64,000 nt of DNA from Chitinophagales bacterium (GCA_039810885.1 JBDHXV010000009.1:129-64128), one strand, 5' to 3'; shown: positions 53,352-61,030, numbered from the stretch's first letter. The notes: generated by a model not told the origin, from the sequence alone. Program-made: numbers and translations.

Positions 53352-54437
53352 TTATTTTTCTTCCAAAATCTTTAATAGTTTTTCATTCAAATACAATTTC
53401 TCTTTTCCAACCTTTACCGATTTTAAAAAATCGTTTTCTTCTAAAGCAATCAAATAATTTCCGACTGTTTTTAAGTTTCCAATGTTTTCGTCTATCAAGT
53501 GTTGGCGTTTGGTATAAGGTAAACGGAACAAAATTTCAATCAAATCTTTGGAATAAATTTTTGGCAGTTTCTTTTTGATTTCTTCTGCTGTTTTATCCAT
53601 TGTGGTTGTAATTTTGTTCAAGCGTTCCAAACCTTTGTTTGACGTTTCTTCAATCATATCCAACATATACAGAATGTAATTTTCCCAATCATTGCTTTCG
53701 GTTACGCCACGCAAACATTTGTAGTAATCAGTTTTGTGTTTAATGATGTATTCGCTTAAATAAATTGCAGGTGTATCAAGCAAACCCGAAAGTTTGAGAT
53801 ACAACAACAATAAAATTCTTCCTGTTCTTCCGTTGCCGTCCGAAAATGGGTGAATTGCTTCAAACTGATAGTGCATTAATGCCATTTTGATAAGCGGGTC
53901 AATTGTTTCATCTTCATTGATGAATTTTTCCAAATTCGCCAATTTTTCACGGATCACCTTTTCGCCACTTGGTGGTGTGTAAATTACTTCGCCTTGCGTG
54001 TTGCTTAATGTAGTTCCGGGTGTAACCCGAATTGAAGCCGTATTTTGTTTGATACATTGAACAATACTTATACAAAGATTGATTGTGATAAACGGTTTTT
54101 TCTTTAACTGTTCCAAGCCCAACCAAAGAGCCCCTTTGTAACTCAAAACCTCTTTTGTGGCTGAATTTTCTACTTTTCTGTCGGCAACTAACGATTTGTA
54201 AAGCTCATCGTTTGTTGTGATTATGTTTTCTACTTCCGAACTCGCTTTTGCTTCCTGTAAATAAATCGTGTCTAAAAACAAGGTCGGATTAGGCAAATTG
54301 AGCAAAGTTCCATTCAGTTGAGCCAATGCCCTACCTGCCGAAATCGTTTTGCGAAGTATTTCTTTCGTTTCAATATCTGCCTTTGGCGGTAGCAATGGCA
54401 GGTCGTTATACGGTATTTTACGATCAAATTTGCTCAT
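53352..54437 (-). CDS. fic: Fic family protein (class II, AMPylation-type active site) with C-terminal winged-helix
   Basis: Canonical HPFSDGNGRTGR (nt 53817..53852). N-terminal inhibitory-helix-type motif SSEVEN, matching [S/T]xxxE[G/N] (nt 54225..54242). The ATG at 54437 is preferred over the TTG at 54446. Confidence 0.9.
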   Translation of the reverse strand: MSKFDRKIPYNDLPLLPPKADIETKEILRKTISAGRALAQLNGTLLNLPNPTLFLDTIYLQEAKASSEVENIITTNDELYKSLVADRKVENSATKEVLSYKGALWLGLEQLKKKPFITINLCISIVQCIKQNTASIRVTPGTTLSNTQGEVIYTPPSGEKVIREKLANLEKFINEDETIDPLIKMALMHYQFEAIHPFSDGNGRTGRILLLLYLKLSGLLDTPAIYLSEYIIKHKTDYYKCLRGVTESNDWENYILYMLDMIEETSNKGLERLNKITTTMDKTAEEIKKKLPKIYSKDLIEILFRLPYTKRQHLIDENIGNLKTVGNYLIALEENDFLKSVKVGKEKLYLNEKLLKILEEK

Positions 54438-54453
54438 ATTCTTCAAGTGTAAG

Positions 54454-54536
54454 TTTTACCCTCGTTTTTAATACAAGGGCAAAAATACGGAAATTTTACT
54501 CTCGTTCAATAAATGAGGGTAAAAATTACTCTCGTT
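54454..54536 (-). promoter_or_regulatory. Three direct repeats of AACGAG(A/G)GTAA(A/T)(A/T) immediately upstream of fic
   Basis: On the plus strand: TTTTACCCTCGTT (54454..54466), TTTTACTCTCGTT (54494..54506), AATTACTCTCGTT (54524..54536), plus an inverted GAGGGTAAAA at 54515..54524. Possible operator/promoter array. Confidence 0.35.
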
Positions 54537-54687
54537 GCTCAACCAACTTAATTTCTGCCTCTGTAAGCTCATAAAGCTGATACACTAATTCATTAATTTT
54601 ACTTTCTGTATGCTCAATTCTGTGTTTCAATTGCTTGGATTTGCCCGCCAAAATTGTCGTTTGCAGTTCTTTGTTGAACCGCAAAAG
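54526..54687 (-). pseudogene. C-terminal stub of a type IIG/BREX-like DNA methyltransferase-restriction gene
   Basis: Open frame ...LLRFNKELQTTILAGKSKQLKHRIEHTESKINELVYQLYELTEAEIKLVEQRE*. The ...ID.LVY.LYGLTEEEI..VE ending is typical of Eco57I/PglX-type enzymes. The 5' end is cut off by the 28-nt IS-end repeat. Confidence 0.5.
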
Positions 54688-54732
54688 TTGGTCAACCTAT
54701 TTTAGGACGGGACACCATGATGAGTGCTTCTT

Positions 54733-55188
54733 TTACCATAGTAACCTTATATTATCTTCTAAACTCCATCCCATTATTTTTTTGGAATAAGCATCGGTAA
54801 CCACGGCAAGGTAGGCGTGTGCCTCATCCGTTTTGATGTAAGTAATGTCGCTGACAAAGACCTGTTCAGCGTGTTTGATTTCAATATCTTTAATGCGGTT
54901 GGGCGAAGCGTAGAAGAAATGTTTTGAATCGGTAGTGATGTGAAGCCGCTTGGTTTTGCGGATAAGCAACCCGTTGTTTCGCAACAAGGCAAACAGCGCA
55001 TCCCTGCCCATTTTTATTTCCGGTTGTTGCAGATACGGTCTCAGATGCTCACAGAGCTTACGTGTGCCGGTGCGCGGCATTTTTTGTCTTATCTCTGCCA
55101 CTTTCTGTAGCACCACTTCGTTCTTTTCTTCTTTCACTTTTTGCGCTTTAATTCGCTGGTAATACGCTTGTTTGCTAATCCCGAACAC
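54733..55188 (-). pseudogene. IS3-family transposase OrfB, truncated
   Basis: Contains the HTH_21-like segment and the start of the DDE core (FVSDITYI..., LAVVTDAYSKKIMGWSL). It terminates about 140 aa short of a full OrfB. Confidence 0.8.
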
Positions 55189-55202
55189 TTGATACAGCCA
55201 CT

Positions 55203-55586
55203 TTACTTTAAAAGTTTTTTCTTCTTTCGCTGTATCTCGTTTGCCAAGTGTTCGGGTAAAAACTTTTTTGAGAGTTCCATACCCGTTTCCTTTTCAAATT
55301 CAACAATTATGTCTTGCTGAAAGTCTTTGATAAACTCCAGTTCTTCTACCTTTTGGCGTAGCTTTTTGAGTTCTTCGTCTTTGTTCATCGCTTTAGATTT
55401 GGAGTGAAAGTTAGATAGTTTTTTCCGCCAATAGTCAATCGTGCTGCGCGAGATGTTATACTTCTTGGAAGCATAGTTGGCTGAGATCTGTCCGTTGTTG
55501 ATTTGGTCAATGACCGAAATCTTAAAGTCAAAACCGACTTCTTTACCGTTTCTTTTTCGGCAGGGTTGTTTTTCTTGTTTGTCCAT
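55203..55586 (-). CDS. IS3-family transposase OrfA (HTH)
   Basis: 127 aa. HTH (ISANYASKKYNISRSTIDYWRKK) plus a leucine-zipper-like tail. Ends at the frameshift window. Confidence 0.85.
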   Translation of the reverse strand: MDKQEKQPCRKRNGKEVGFDFKISVIDQINNGQISANYASKKYNISRSTIDYWRKKLSNFHSKSKAMNKDEELKKLRQKVEELEFIKDFQQDIIVEFEKETGMELSKKFLPEHLANEIQRKKKKLLK

Positions 55587-55651
55587 AAGTGACCAATGTT
55601 TGTTTTGTTTTTGGTCAACCTATTTTAGGACGGGACACGTCACAGGGTTGC

Positions 55652-55784
55652 CACTAACGTTTTGGGTATTGCCGAAGACGGGGATTTTTAGCACAAAAGT
55701 TCAATCGAAGAACGAATGTTGAACCTTGCACAAATGTCCAATCGAAGCACTTTACCGGCTCTATTGCCAATTTGTTTGTTATGG
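55652..55784. repeat. Cassette-boundary repeat, copy R1 (133 nt)
   Basis: CACTAAC...GTTATGG. About 80% identical by eye to R2 over the first ~100 nt. Contains the motif TTCAATCGAAG twice and an AAGTTCAA/TTGAACCTT stem. Confidence 0.6.
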
Positions 55785-55800
55785 GCAGGTTTTCTTTTCA

Positions 55801-56109
55801 TTATAGTCTTATTGATAAATCCAAATGCCCTCCAAAACCGAGTTCAACTATTTTTTGAAGTGTCGAAATTCGTGCTTCTTTAATGTTGTTTTCAATTTTT
55901 GAAATATACGATTTGGTAGTACCAACTCTGTCGGCAAGTTCTTCTTGTGTCAAGCCTTTTTCAAGTCTTGCTTGTTGAAGCATTACTCCAATTTTAAAGT
56001 TTTCGTAGCCAGCTTCTAATTCGTCACGCTTTTTTGTTCCACGCTTGCCGTAGTTTCTTTCTTTAAAATCTTCGAGCGTCATTAAGTTTTTATTTTTCGT
56101 TTTACTCAT
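55801..56109 (-). CDS. XRE-family HTH antitoxin (HigA-like)
   Basis: 102 aa. HTH LTQEELADRVGTTKSYISKIEN. Lies directly downstream of a RelE/HigB-like toxin gene, the HigBA gene order. Confidence 0.8.
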   Translation of the reverse strand: MSKTKNKNLMTLEDFKERNYGKRGTKKRDELEAGYENFKIGVMLQQARLEKGLTQEELADRVGTTKSYISKIENNIKEARISTLQKIVELGFGGHLDLSIRL

Positions 56110-56120
56110 AACATTATTAT

Positions 56121-56501
56121 TTACTTTTTATTGGTATTCGTGATTTCCAATTCATATTCTGCTTTTATTTTAAGTGCTATTTCAATTTCTTTTTTCGGTG
56201 TCTTTTGAGTTTTCTTCTGAAAGCCATTAGCCAAAACAACTAACTGACCTTTGTCGAAAAAACAGAAAATGCGAAAAATATCACTTCCTAATTTTACTCG
56301 AATTTCGTAAAGTCCGTCTGTGTTCTCTATGTGTTTGAGATATGTTTCTGGAACTCTTTCTAAATCTTCTACCAAGTCAAATGTCCAAACTATTTTCGCT
56401 TTCACATTCTTGTTTTGCTTGTCAAAAAAGGTTTGAAAATAGTCTTTATAAAAAGTTATTGTTCTATATTTCTGTTTTTTATTCACTTTACAAAAATACA
56501 A
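56121..56501 (-). CDS. Type II toxin, RelE/ParE superfamily (HigB / Gp49-like, DUF891)
   Basis: 126 aa with a TTG start. Pattern ...L....P..YLKHI....GLYEIRV..GSDIFRIFCFFD.G.LVVL.NGF.KK.QKTPK.EI..A typical of the phage Gp49-like killer family. Confidence 0.8.
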   Translation of the reverse strand: MYFCKVNKKQKYRTITFYKDYFQTFFDKQNKNVKAKIVWTFDLVEDLERVPETYLKHIENTDGLYEIRVKLGSDIFRIFCFFDKGQLVVLANGFQKKTQKTPKKEIEIALKIKAEYELEITNTNKK

Positions 56502-56577
56502 AAGTTTCTCTTTAGTATAACTATAGCAGATGCTTTTTTTGTTTATTCTTGTCGATGAGATTTTGGCGAAGTGTTCA

Positions 56578-56715
56578 GTTAAACTTGCACATCGGGCCGC
56601 GTGTTGGCGAGGGTGGCACTTTTACTGTATTTTTCAATCGAAGCACAAACTTTGATTCTACAATAAATGTTCAATCGAAGAAGTTTCTGCCACTCTTGCC
56701 AACACGATGTTATGC
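56578..56715. repeat. Cassette-boundary repeat, divergent copy R3 (138 nt)
   Basis: GTTAAAC...GTTATGC. An 18-nt closing stem pairs 56601..56618 with 56688..56705 (16/18). The motif (T)TCAATCGAAG occurs twice and shares GTTCAATCGAAGAA with R1. Confidence 0.45.
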
Positions 56716-56727
56716 GATTGCCGTTTG

Positions 56728-57630
56728 TTAATATTTTTTCCATTCAAAACTTTTATATCCACTCTCTAAAGCCCATTTACGCCAAACAGCTTCAAGTATT
56801 TCGTTATCTCTTAGACCTAATGGATTTTTATATGTTTGTAATTTAGTGTTTTTATCTCTTTCGGCTGTTTCTAAGATATGTAGGTTTATATATTTGTTTT
56901 TGTCATTTTTTATAGGTGTTAAACATAAAGTTGAATTATTTCTAAGGGCTGTTTCTATATCAACACTATTTGATTTACAATATCGTCTTATTTCATCAAT
57001 TTCAAGCTCACCGAAATAAAATTGATTATTACTCCTTTTACCATAATATTCGAGATAACCGTCTGTGAAAATATATATGTGATTATCGTAATTTATATAG
57101 GTAGTATCAATCCCATTAGTTAAAAGCGTGTTTTTCTTGATAAGGGACTTGTTTTCTATTTTATCGGCTAAAATGCTAATCAAATCCATTCCTTTATCTT
57201 GAATGTTAGCATAAGCATCACTTGCTTTTTGTTTTAAGACATCTATTTCATAGTCTAAACCTTTGCCCTCATATTCTCCTGTTGAATTGATAAATTTTTG
57301 TTTACTACCTAAATCTTTAATTTTATTTATATCAATGGTGTATTTAACTTCATCAGAAAAAGTTGAGAAATAAAGGGATGATTTGTCTCCAATTTTTTCA
57401 CCTGGCTTAACACATTCGTTCCTAAAAAAGTTGAGAATCTTATTTATCTCCGCAAGGTCTTTAGGAGGAGATTGTTGGTTTATAACTGTGCCATTTATTT
57501 TTGGTTCTATTCTATCAGTCATATCTGAAAGAATAACTATATTTTGATATGTCAGTGTTTTATTTTGCGGTTCAGGCATACAAGATTGCAACAATAATGA
57601 AGTTGCAAAAAAGAATAATAATTTCTTCAT
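56728..57630 (-). CDS. Hypothetical lipoprotein (weak vWA-like features)
   Basis: 300 aa. Lipobox LLLQSC. Strands NIVILSDMTDR and HIYIFTDGYLEY resemble vWA beta1 and beta4 motifs (weak). Separated by 8 nt from the end of the PLD-TM gene. Confidence 0.55.
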   Translation of the reverse strand: MKKLLFFFATSLLLQSCMPEPQNKTLTYQNIVILSDMTDRIEPKINGTVINQQSPPKDLAEINKILNFFRNECVKPGEKIGDKSSLYFSTFSDEVKYTIDINKIKDLGSKQKFINSTGEYEGKGLDYEIDVLKQKASDAYANIQDKGMDLISILADKIENKSLIKKNTLLTNGIDTTYINYDNHIYIFTDGYLEYYGKRSNNQFYFGELEIDEIRRYCKSNSVDIETALRNNSTLCLTPIKNDKNKYINLHILETAERDKNTKLQTYKNPLGLRDNEILEAVWRKWALESGYKSFEWKKY

Positions 57631-57637
57631 TTTCAGA

Positions 57638-59545
57638 CTAACGATTATTTGTGACTACTTGTTCTATTGCTTGAACTCTGTTTGTAACTTCTTTTTCTGC
57701 ATAAAGTTCAGGCAGGTATTCAATGTAGCCTGTTTTATACGCTGTTGAAACACTATTTAGGATTTCATCAGTAAAGATTTTCCCACTGGTAATACGAGTC
57801 ATAAAATCATCGTAAATCGCCTTTAGATTTTTTTGTAGTTCTGTAAATAGATTTTCAATATTATTTTGCTGTTTATTTAATTCTTTTTCTAATCGTTCTA
57901 ATACATCATTTTTCTGTTTTATAGATTCGTCCTTTTCTTTAATTTCTTTTAAAAGAAGCTCTTTATTTAGATTCAAATCAAGTAATGCTTTATCTAACAT
58001 TTCGATTTGTTTATTCTTTTCAGCATCAACCAATTGAAGTTGAGATTTTTGGTAAGCATTAACTATATATTCTATGATAAAGTGTGTAATTATTAGTGGT
58101 AACATCCCAAAAACAAAAATGAGCCAAAACTCTCCGTGCTTCACTACTTCCCAAATTTGAAGTTGTGATTCTTTGCCAATTAATAAACTCTTTATCTCAT
58201 CTGTATTCATCGCAACCATTACGGCAACTATAATGTCAAAAATTAAAACGCCAACCCAAAAACTTAAAATATTGACCCACTTCTTTTTGCTCCCAAAGAG
58301 TTTTAAATTTGATAATGAAATTGGAATTAAAAAGAATAAACCTGCCATAATGCCAAATAAAGTTCCTTGCATTTTAAAGATTTTTACGATTGCATTAGCA
58401 TCCACAAGCTGCGGAAGACCCGGGTTTATTCCTGCTTCCAAAGAATTACGAATTACATTTCCTTCAAAAAACACTTTGTACATTGCTGAAGCAAAAAACA
58501 TTGACAAATAATAAATAAAAACTGTTAACCCTAATATTGCAAAGACAGTCCCAACCGACCAAAACTTTTTAATTACAAAGGATGATTCTAATGAGTTTCT
58601 TTCTAATTTATTTTTTTCAATTTCATTATTTATTTGAAGTAGTCCTTTTTCTCCCGTGCTTTTGTTGCCTGATTCAAGGATTGATTTTTCTTGTTTTAAA
58701 TCAGTGATTTTTGAGTTTGCTTGTCGTAGTTCTATTTCATTATTTGAATTTATTTTGTTGATTTCATTTTGTTTGTCTGTGTCTATTTCAGCTTTCTTAC
58801 TTTCAAAGGCAGATTTGATATTTTGAGAGATTATATTTTTCTTACTACTCAAACTGTCGTCAGTTGCAAACATTTTTATTTGCTCTTTGATTTCGTCATA
58901 ATGCGTTTTAAATATATCTATACTACCTGAGCTTTCCTTTGAATTATCATAGCCTTGTTTTCTATAGCTTTCAGTATTTATGTTTGCTGTTGTATAAATT
59001 AAATTTGATAGTTGTTGCGTAAAAGAGTCAGCCGTGTCTATTGGTTGTACTGTTTTTGTTTTTGTAATAACTTGTTCCATAGGATTTGCTGAATTTATGT
59101 TTACATCTATTTGGTGGTCAATATTATATTTCAGTCTTTCAAATTCAGCAAATAGTTGTCGATATGTATTTAAATCATCTGTTACTTGAATGTTTTCAAC
59201 ATTATTGTTGCTTGCATTATATGAATAATTATAAGAACCATTTATTGAAATTCTATTATCAATAAGGCAGAACTTGTGATGCATCATTCCTCTTTCATCT
59301 CCTGTTTCAAAGGCGTGAATACTTATGTTTTCAGCTTTGAACATTTGTTTTACGGTCTCATTTTGAGCGTTTGATGAAAGGATAATATCTACCGTAATAT
59401 TTCGCTTTTTTGCATTGATGATAGCATTGGCTATATCTCTATCGGTAAACCAAGCCATAGCCACGAATATATTTTGGTTTGCCTTTTCAATTTCGGAAAT
59501 TATTCGTTGTTTTATTTCTGTTCCGTTCGTTATAATATCATTCAT
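57638..59545 (-). CDS. Membrane-embedded PLD-family (single HKD, Nuc-like) protein with coiled coils
   Basis: 635 aa. Residues 1-140 are a PLD-like domain with a complete HxKx4Dx6GSxN motif (HHKFCLIDNRISINGSYN, nt 59228..59281). Residues ~150-325 are a polar/coiled-coil region. Four predicted TM helices span residues ~328-495 (nt 58061..58564). Residues ~500-635 are coiled coil. Confidence 0.8.
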   Translation of the reverse strand: MNDIITNGTEIKQRIISEIEKANQNIFVAMAWFTDRDIANAIINAKKRNITVDIILSSNAQNETVKQMFKAENISIHAFETGDERGMMHHKFCLIDNRISINGSYNYSYNASNNNVENIQVTDDLNTYRQLFAEFERLKYNIDHQIDVNINSANPMEQVITKTKTVQPIDTADSFTQQLSNLIYTTANINTESYRKQGYDNSKESSGSIDIFKTHYDEIKEQIKMFATDDSLSSKKNIISQNIKSAFESKKAEIDTDKQNEINKINSNNEIELRQANSKITDLKQEKSILESGNKSTGEKGLLQINNEIEKNKLERNSLESSFVIKKFWSVGTVFAILGLTVFIYYLSMFFASAMYKVFFEGNVIRNSLEAGINPGLPQLVDANAIVKIFKMQGTLFGIMAGLFFLIPISLSNLKLFGSKKKWVNILSFWVGVLIFDIIVAVMVAMNTDEIKSLLIGKESQLQIWEVVKHGEFWLIFVFGMLPLIITHFIIEYIVNAYQKSQLQLVDAEKNKQIEMLDKALLDLNLNKELLLKEIKEKDESIKQKNDVLERLEKELNKQQNNIENLFTELQKNLKAIYDDFMTRITSGKIFTDEILNSVSTAYKTGYIEYLPELYAEKEVTNRVQAIEQVVTNNR

Positions 59546-59591
59546 ACTTTGTATTTAATGTTTTTATTGGTTGCAATTTCTTTTAGGTATC

Positions 59592-59723
59592 GCCTAACGG
59601 TTTGGGTATTGCCGAAGTGACGGATTATTGGCACTAAAGTTCAATAGTAGCACAACTGTTGAACCTTGCACAAATGTTTCATAGTAGCACTTCTGCCGCC
59701 ATTTTGGCAATACCTTGTTACCA
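59592..59723. repeat. Cassette-boundary repeat, copy R2 (132 nt)
   Basis: GCCTAAC...GTTACCA. The arms GGTATTGCCGAAGTGACGG and CCGCCATTTTGGCAATACC pair (9 bp perfect, then an imperfect extension). The inner AAGTTCAA/TTGAACCTT stem has a 1-nt bulge. Confidence 0.6.
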
Positions 59724-59911
59724 CCAGTGCTTCTTTGGCTGTCGTGCCTTGTTAGTCTATTTGTTGCTGTTATTCTCATTGACTTTTGTCTTGCTGTGGG
59801 TCATATTTTTAATATTTCTTTTTCTCTTGGGTTGGCTTGGTGGCTCTTTTGCAAAACTTTGCTTTAGTCTTGGCTTGTGCAGTTTTGCAAATGTGCCACC
59901 AAATGCGTTGG

Positions 59912-60535
59912 TCATTTTAATGCTTTTACTTTTTCAATAGTTATTATTTGGTTGCTCTCAATTACCTTTACTGTCGGTGGTTCTGAAAATTTGTAGGATT
60001 TAAGTTCCTCTATGAGTTCATTAAATTCATTACTTGTCGCTACTATAACATTGTCAAGTCCAATTACGTCACCACTTTTTATTTTTGCTTTTACACTTTT
60101 CGCTTCATTTACTTCAAGTGTTACTAAGAAACTTAATGCCTTTCGGTGAACGTATTTTAAAGCAATTGCTTCTAGGTCGGCTTGCTTATATCGTTCACGT
60201 AAACTTGTTTTTGCTGAAATACAAATTGGTCCTCTTTCTGCTGTGTAAAACATTAAGTCGTAAATTACGTTTGGCACGAATGCAACTTTAGCACTCATAT
60301 AAAGAGGTAAAATATTTTCCCTAACACACAAAGTCGCAAGTATGTATTCAAAGATTTTTCCATTAAGGTTGTTGTTTCCTTCAGGGTGTTTTTGAAATGC
60401 TTCCCAATACGTTGAAATATAGTCAGAAGGCTTTTTGTATTTTACATTTAAAAAACTCGGGAACAAACTGTCAAAAACGACTTCTGCCTTGTTGTTTGCA
60501 CCTACTGTTATTCCTAATTGATTTAGTTTACTCAT
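59912..60535 (-). CDS. Putative type II restriction endonuclease, CCGG-family (Cfr10I/NgoMIV/SsoII-like PD...SxK...E fold)
   Basis: 207 aa. Overlaps the methyltransferase C-terminal fragment by 4 nt. Has IYD(93)L, ISAK(109)TSLRER and E122. The pattern D...SxK, then an acidic residue 13 aa after the Lys, then R-E-R directly after the Lys, matches my recollection of CCGG-family enzymes. Confidence 0.55.
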   Translation of the reverse strand: MSKLNQLGITVGANNKAEVVFDSLFPSFLNVKYKKPSDYISTYWEAFQKHPEGNNNLNGKIFEYILATLCVRENILPLYMSAKVAFVPNVIYDLMFYTAERGPICISAKTSLRERYKQADLEAIALKYVHRKALSFLVTLEVNEAKSVKAKIKSGDVIGLDNVIVATSNEFNELIEELKSYKFSEPPTVKVIESNQIITIEKVKALK

Positions 60536-60954
60536 TTTAAGATTTTGATTTTAACTGCTTTTAAAACTTGCTCTGCGGTTGCTTGAATAGCTGGAACAGC
60601 AACGGAGTTGCCGAATTGCTTATATGCGGAAGCATCAGCAACCGGAATTAAAAAACTGTCAGGGAAGCCTTGAAGCCTTGCCCATTCTCTTGGTGTCATT
60701 TTGCGAATTCCTTCTCTGTTTACTGTTCCTTTTATGTGAGTTGTCGGAGTGAAATCCGTAATACGATTGTCAATTACTAAATTTCTTTCTCGTCCCATAC
60801 TACCTACAACTATTGCATTTGCAATCTCTATGTCTGGAATTATTTCGTAACCAAAACCATTTCCTTTTCCTTCGTGTCTTGCCTTGTGGTTTACAAGTGT
60901 CTGCACATATTGGGTTGATAAGAAATATTTTGGGTGTGCCCCTATCGGGTCGGG
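60532..60954 (-). pseudogene. m5C DNA methyltransferase, C-terminal part (TRD + motifs IX-X), M.HpaII-like
   Basis: The frame is open from the TAG at 60955. Clear similarity begins at PKYFLSTQYVQTLVNHKARHEGKGNGFGYEII. Motif IX is RKMTPREWARLQGFPDSF and motif X is QFGNSVAVP. There is no ATG; the only in-frame start-like codon is the GTG at 60906. Confidence 0.85.
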
Positions 60955-61030
60955 CTATTCGCTCCAAGTCCTCGGCTTCGTTTCTCAGCCTGTGGGCTTT
61001 TCGCTTCTATCCCTCACACGACAGTACCTT
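60932..61030. repeat. Inverted-repeat arm A of the cassette
   Basis: GGGTGTGCCCCTATCGGGTCGGGCT... The 17-nt perfect core (60940..60956) is the reverse complement of 62066..62082. Contains the hairpin GGCT-TCGTTTCTC-AGCC (60974..60990). Confidence 0.7.

Larger units (their letters stand above)
54688..55638 (-). mobile_element. IS3-family insertion sequence remnant (orfA intact, orfB truncated)
   Basis: Left terminal inverted repeat (IRL) on the minus strand is TGTCCCGTCCTAAAATAGGTTGACC (55638 downward). orfA and orfB are in -1 register with an A6C slippery run (55214..55220). orfB stops after about 150 aa. A second copy of the same 28-nt end lies at 54688..54715 in direct orientation. Confidence 0.8.

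Noticed and set aside
56549-56731. 60-aa plus-strand ORF. Related cases are 59594..59779 (-), 59659..59940 (+) and 55477..55722 (+).
   Set aside because: These lie within the cassette-boundary repeats or IS end regions. They are better explained as non-coding structured repeats, and their translations are low-complexity.
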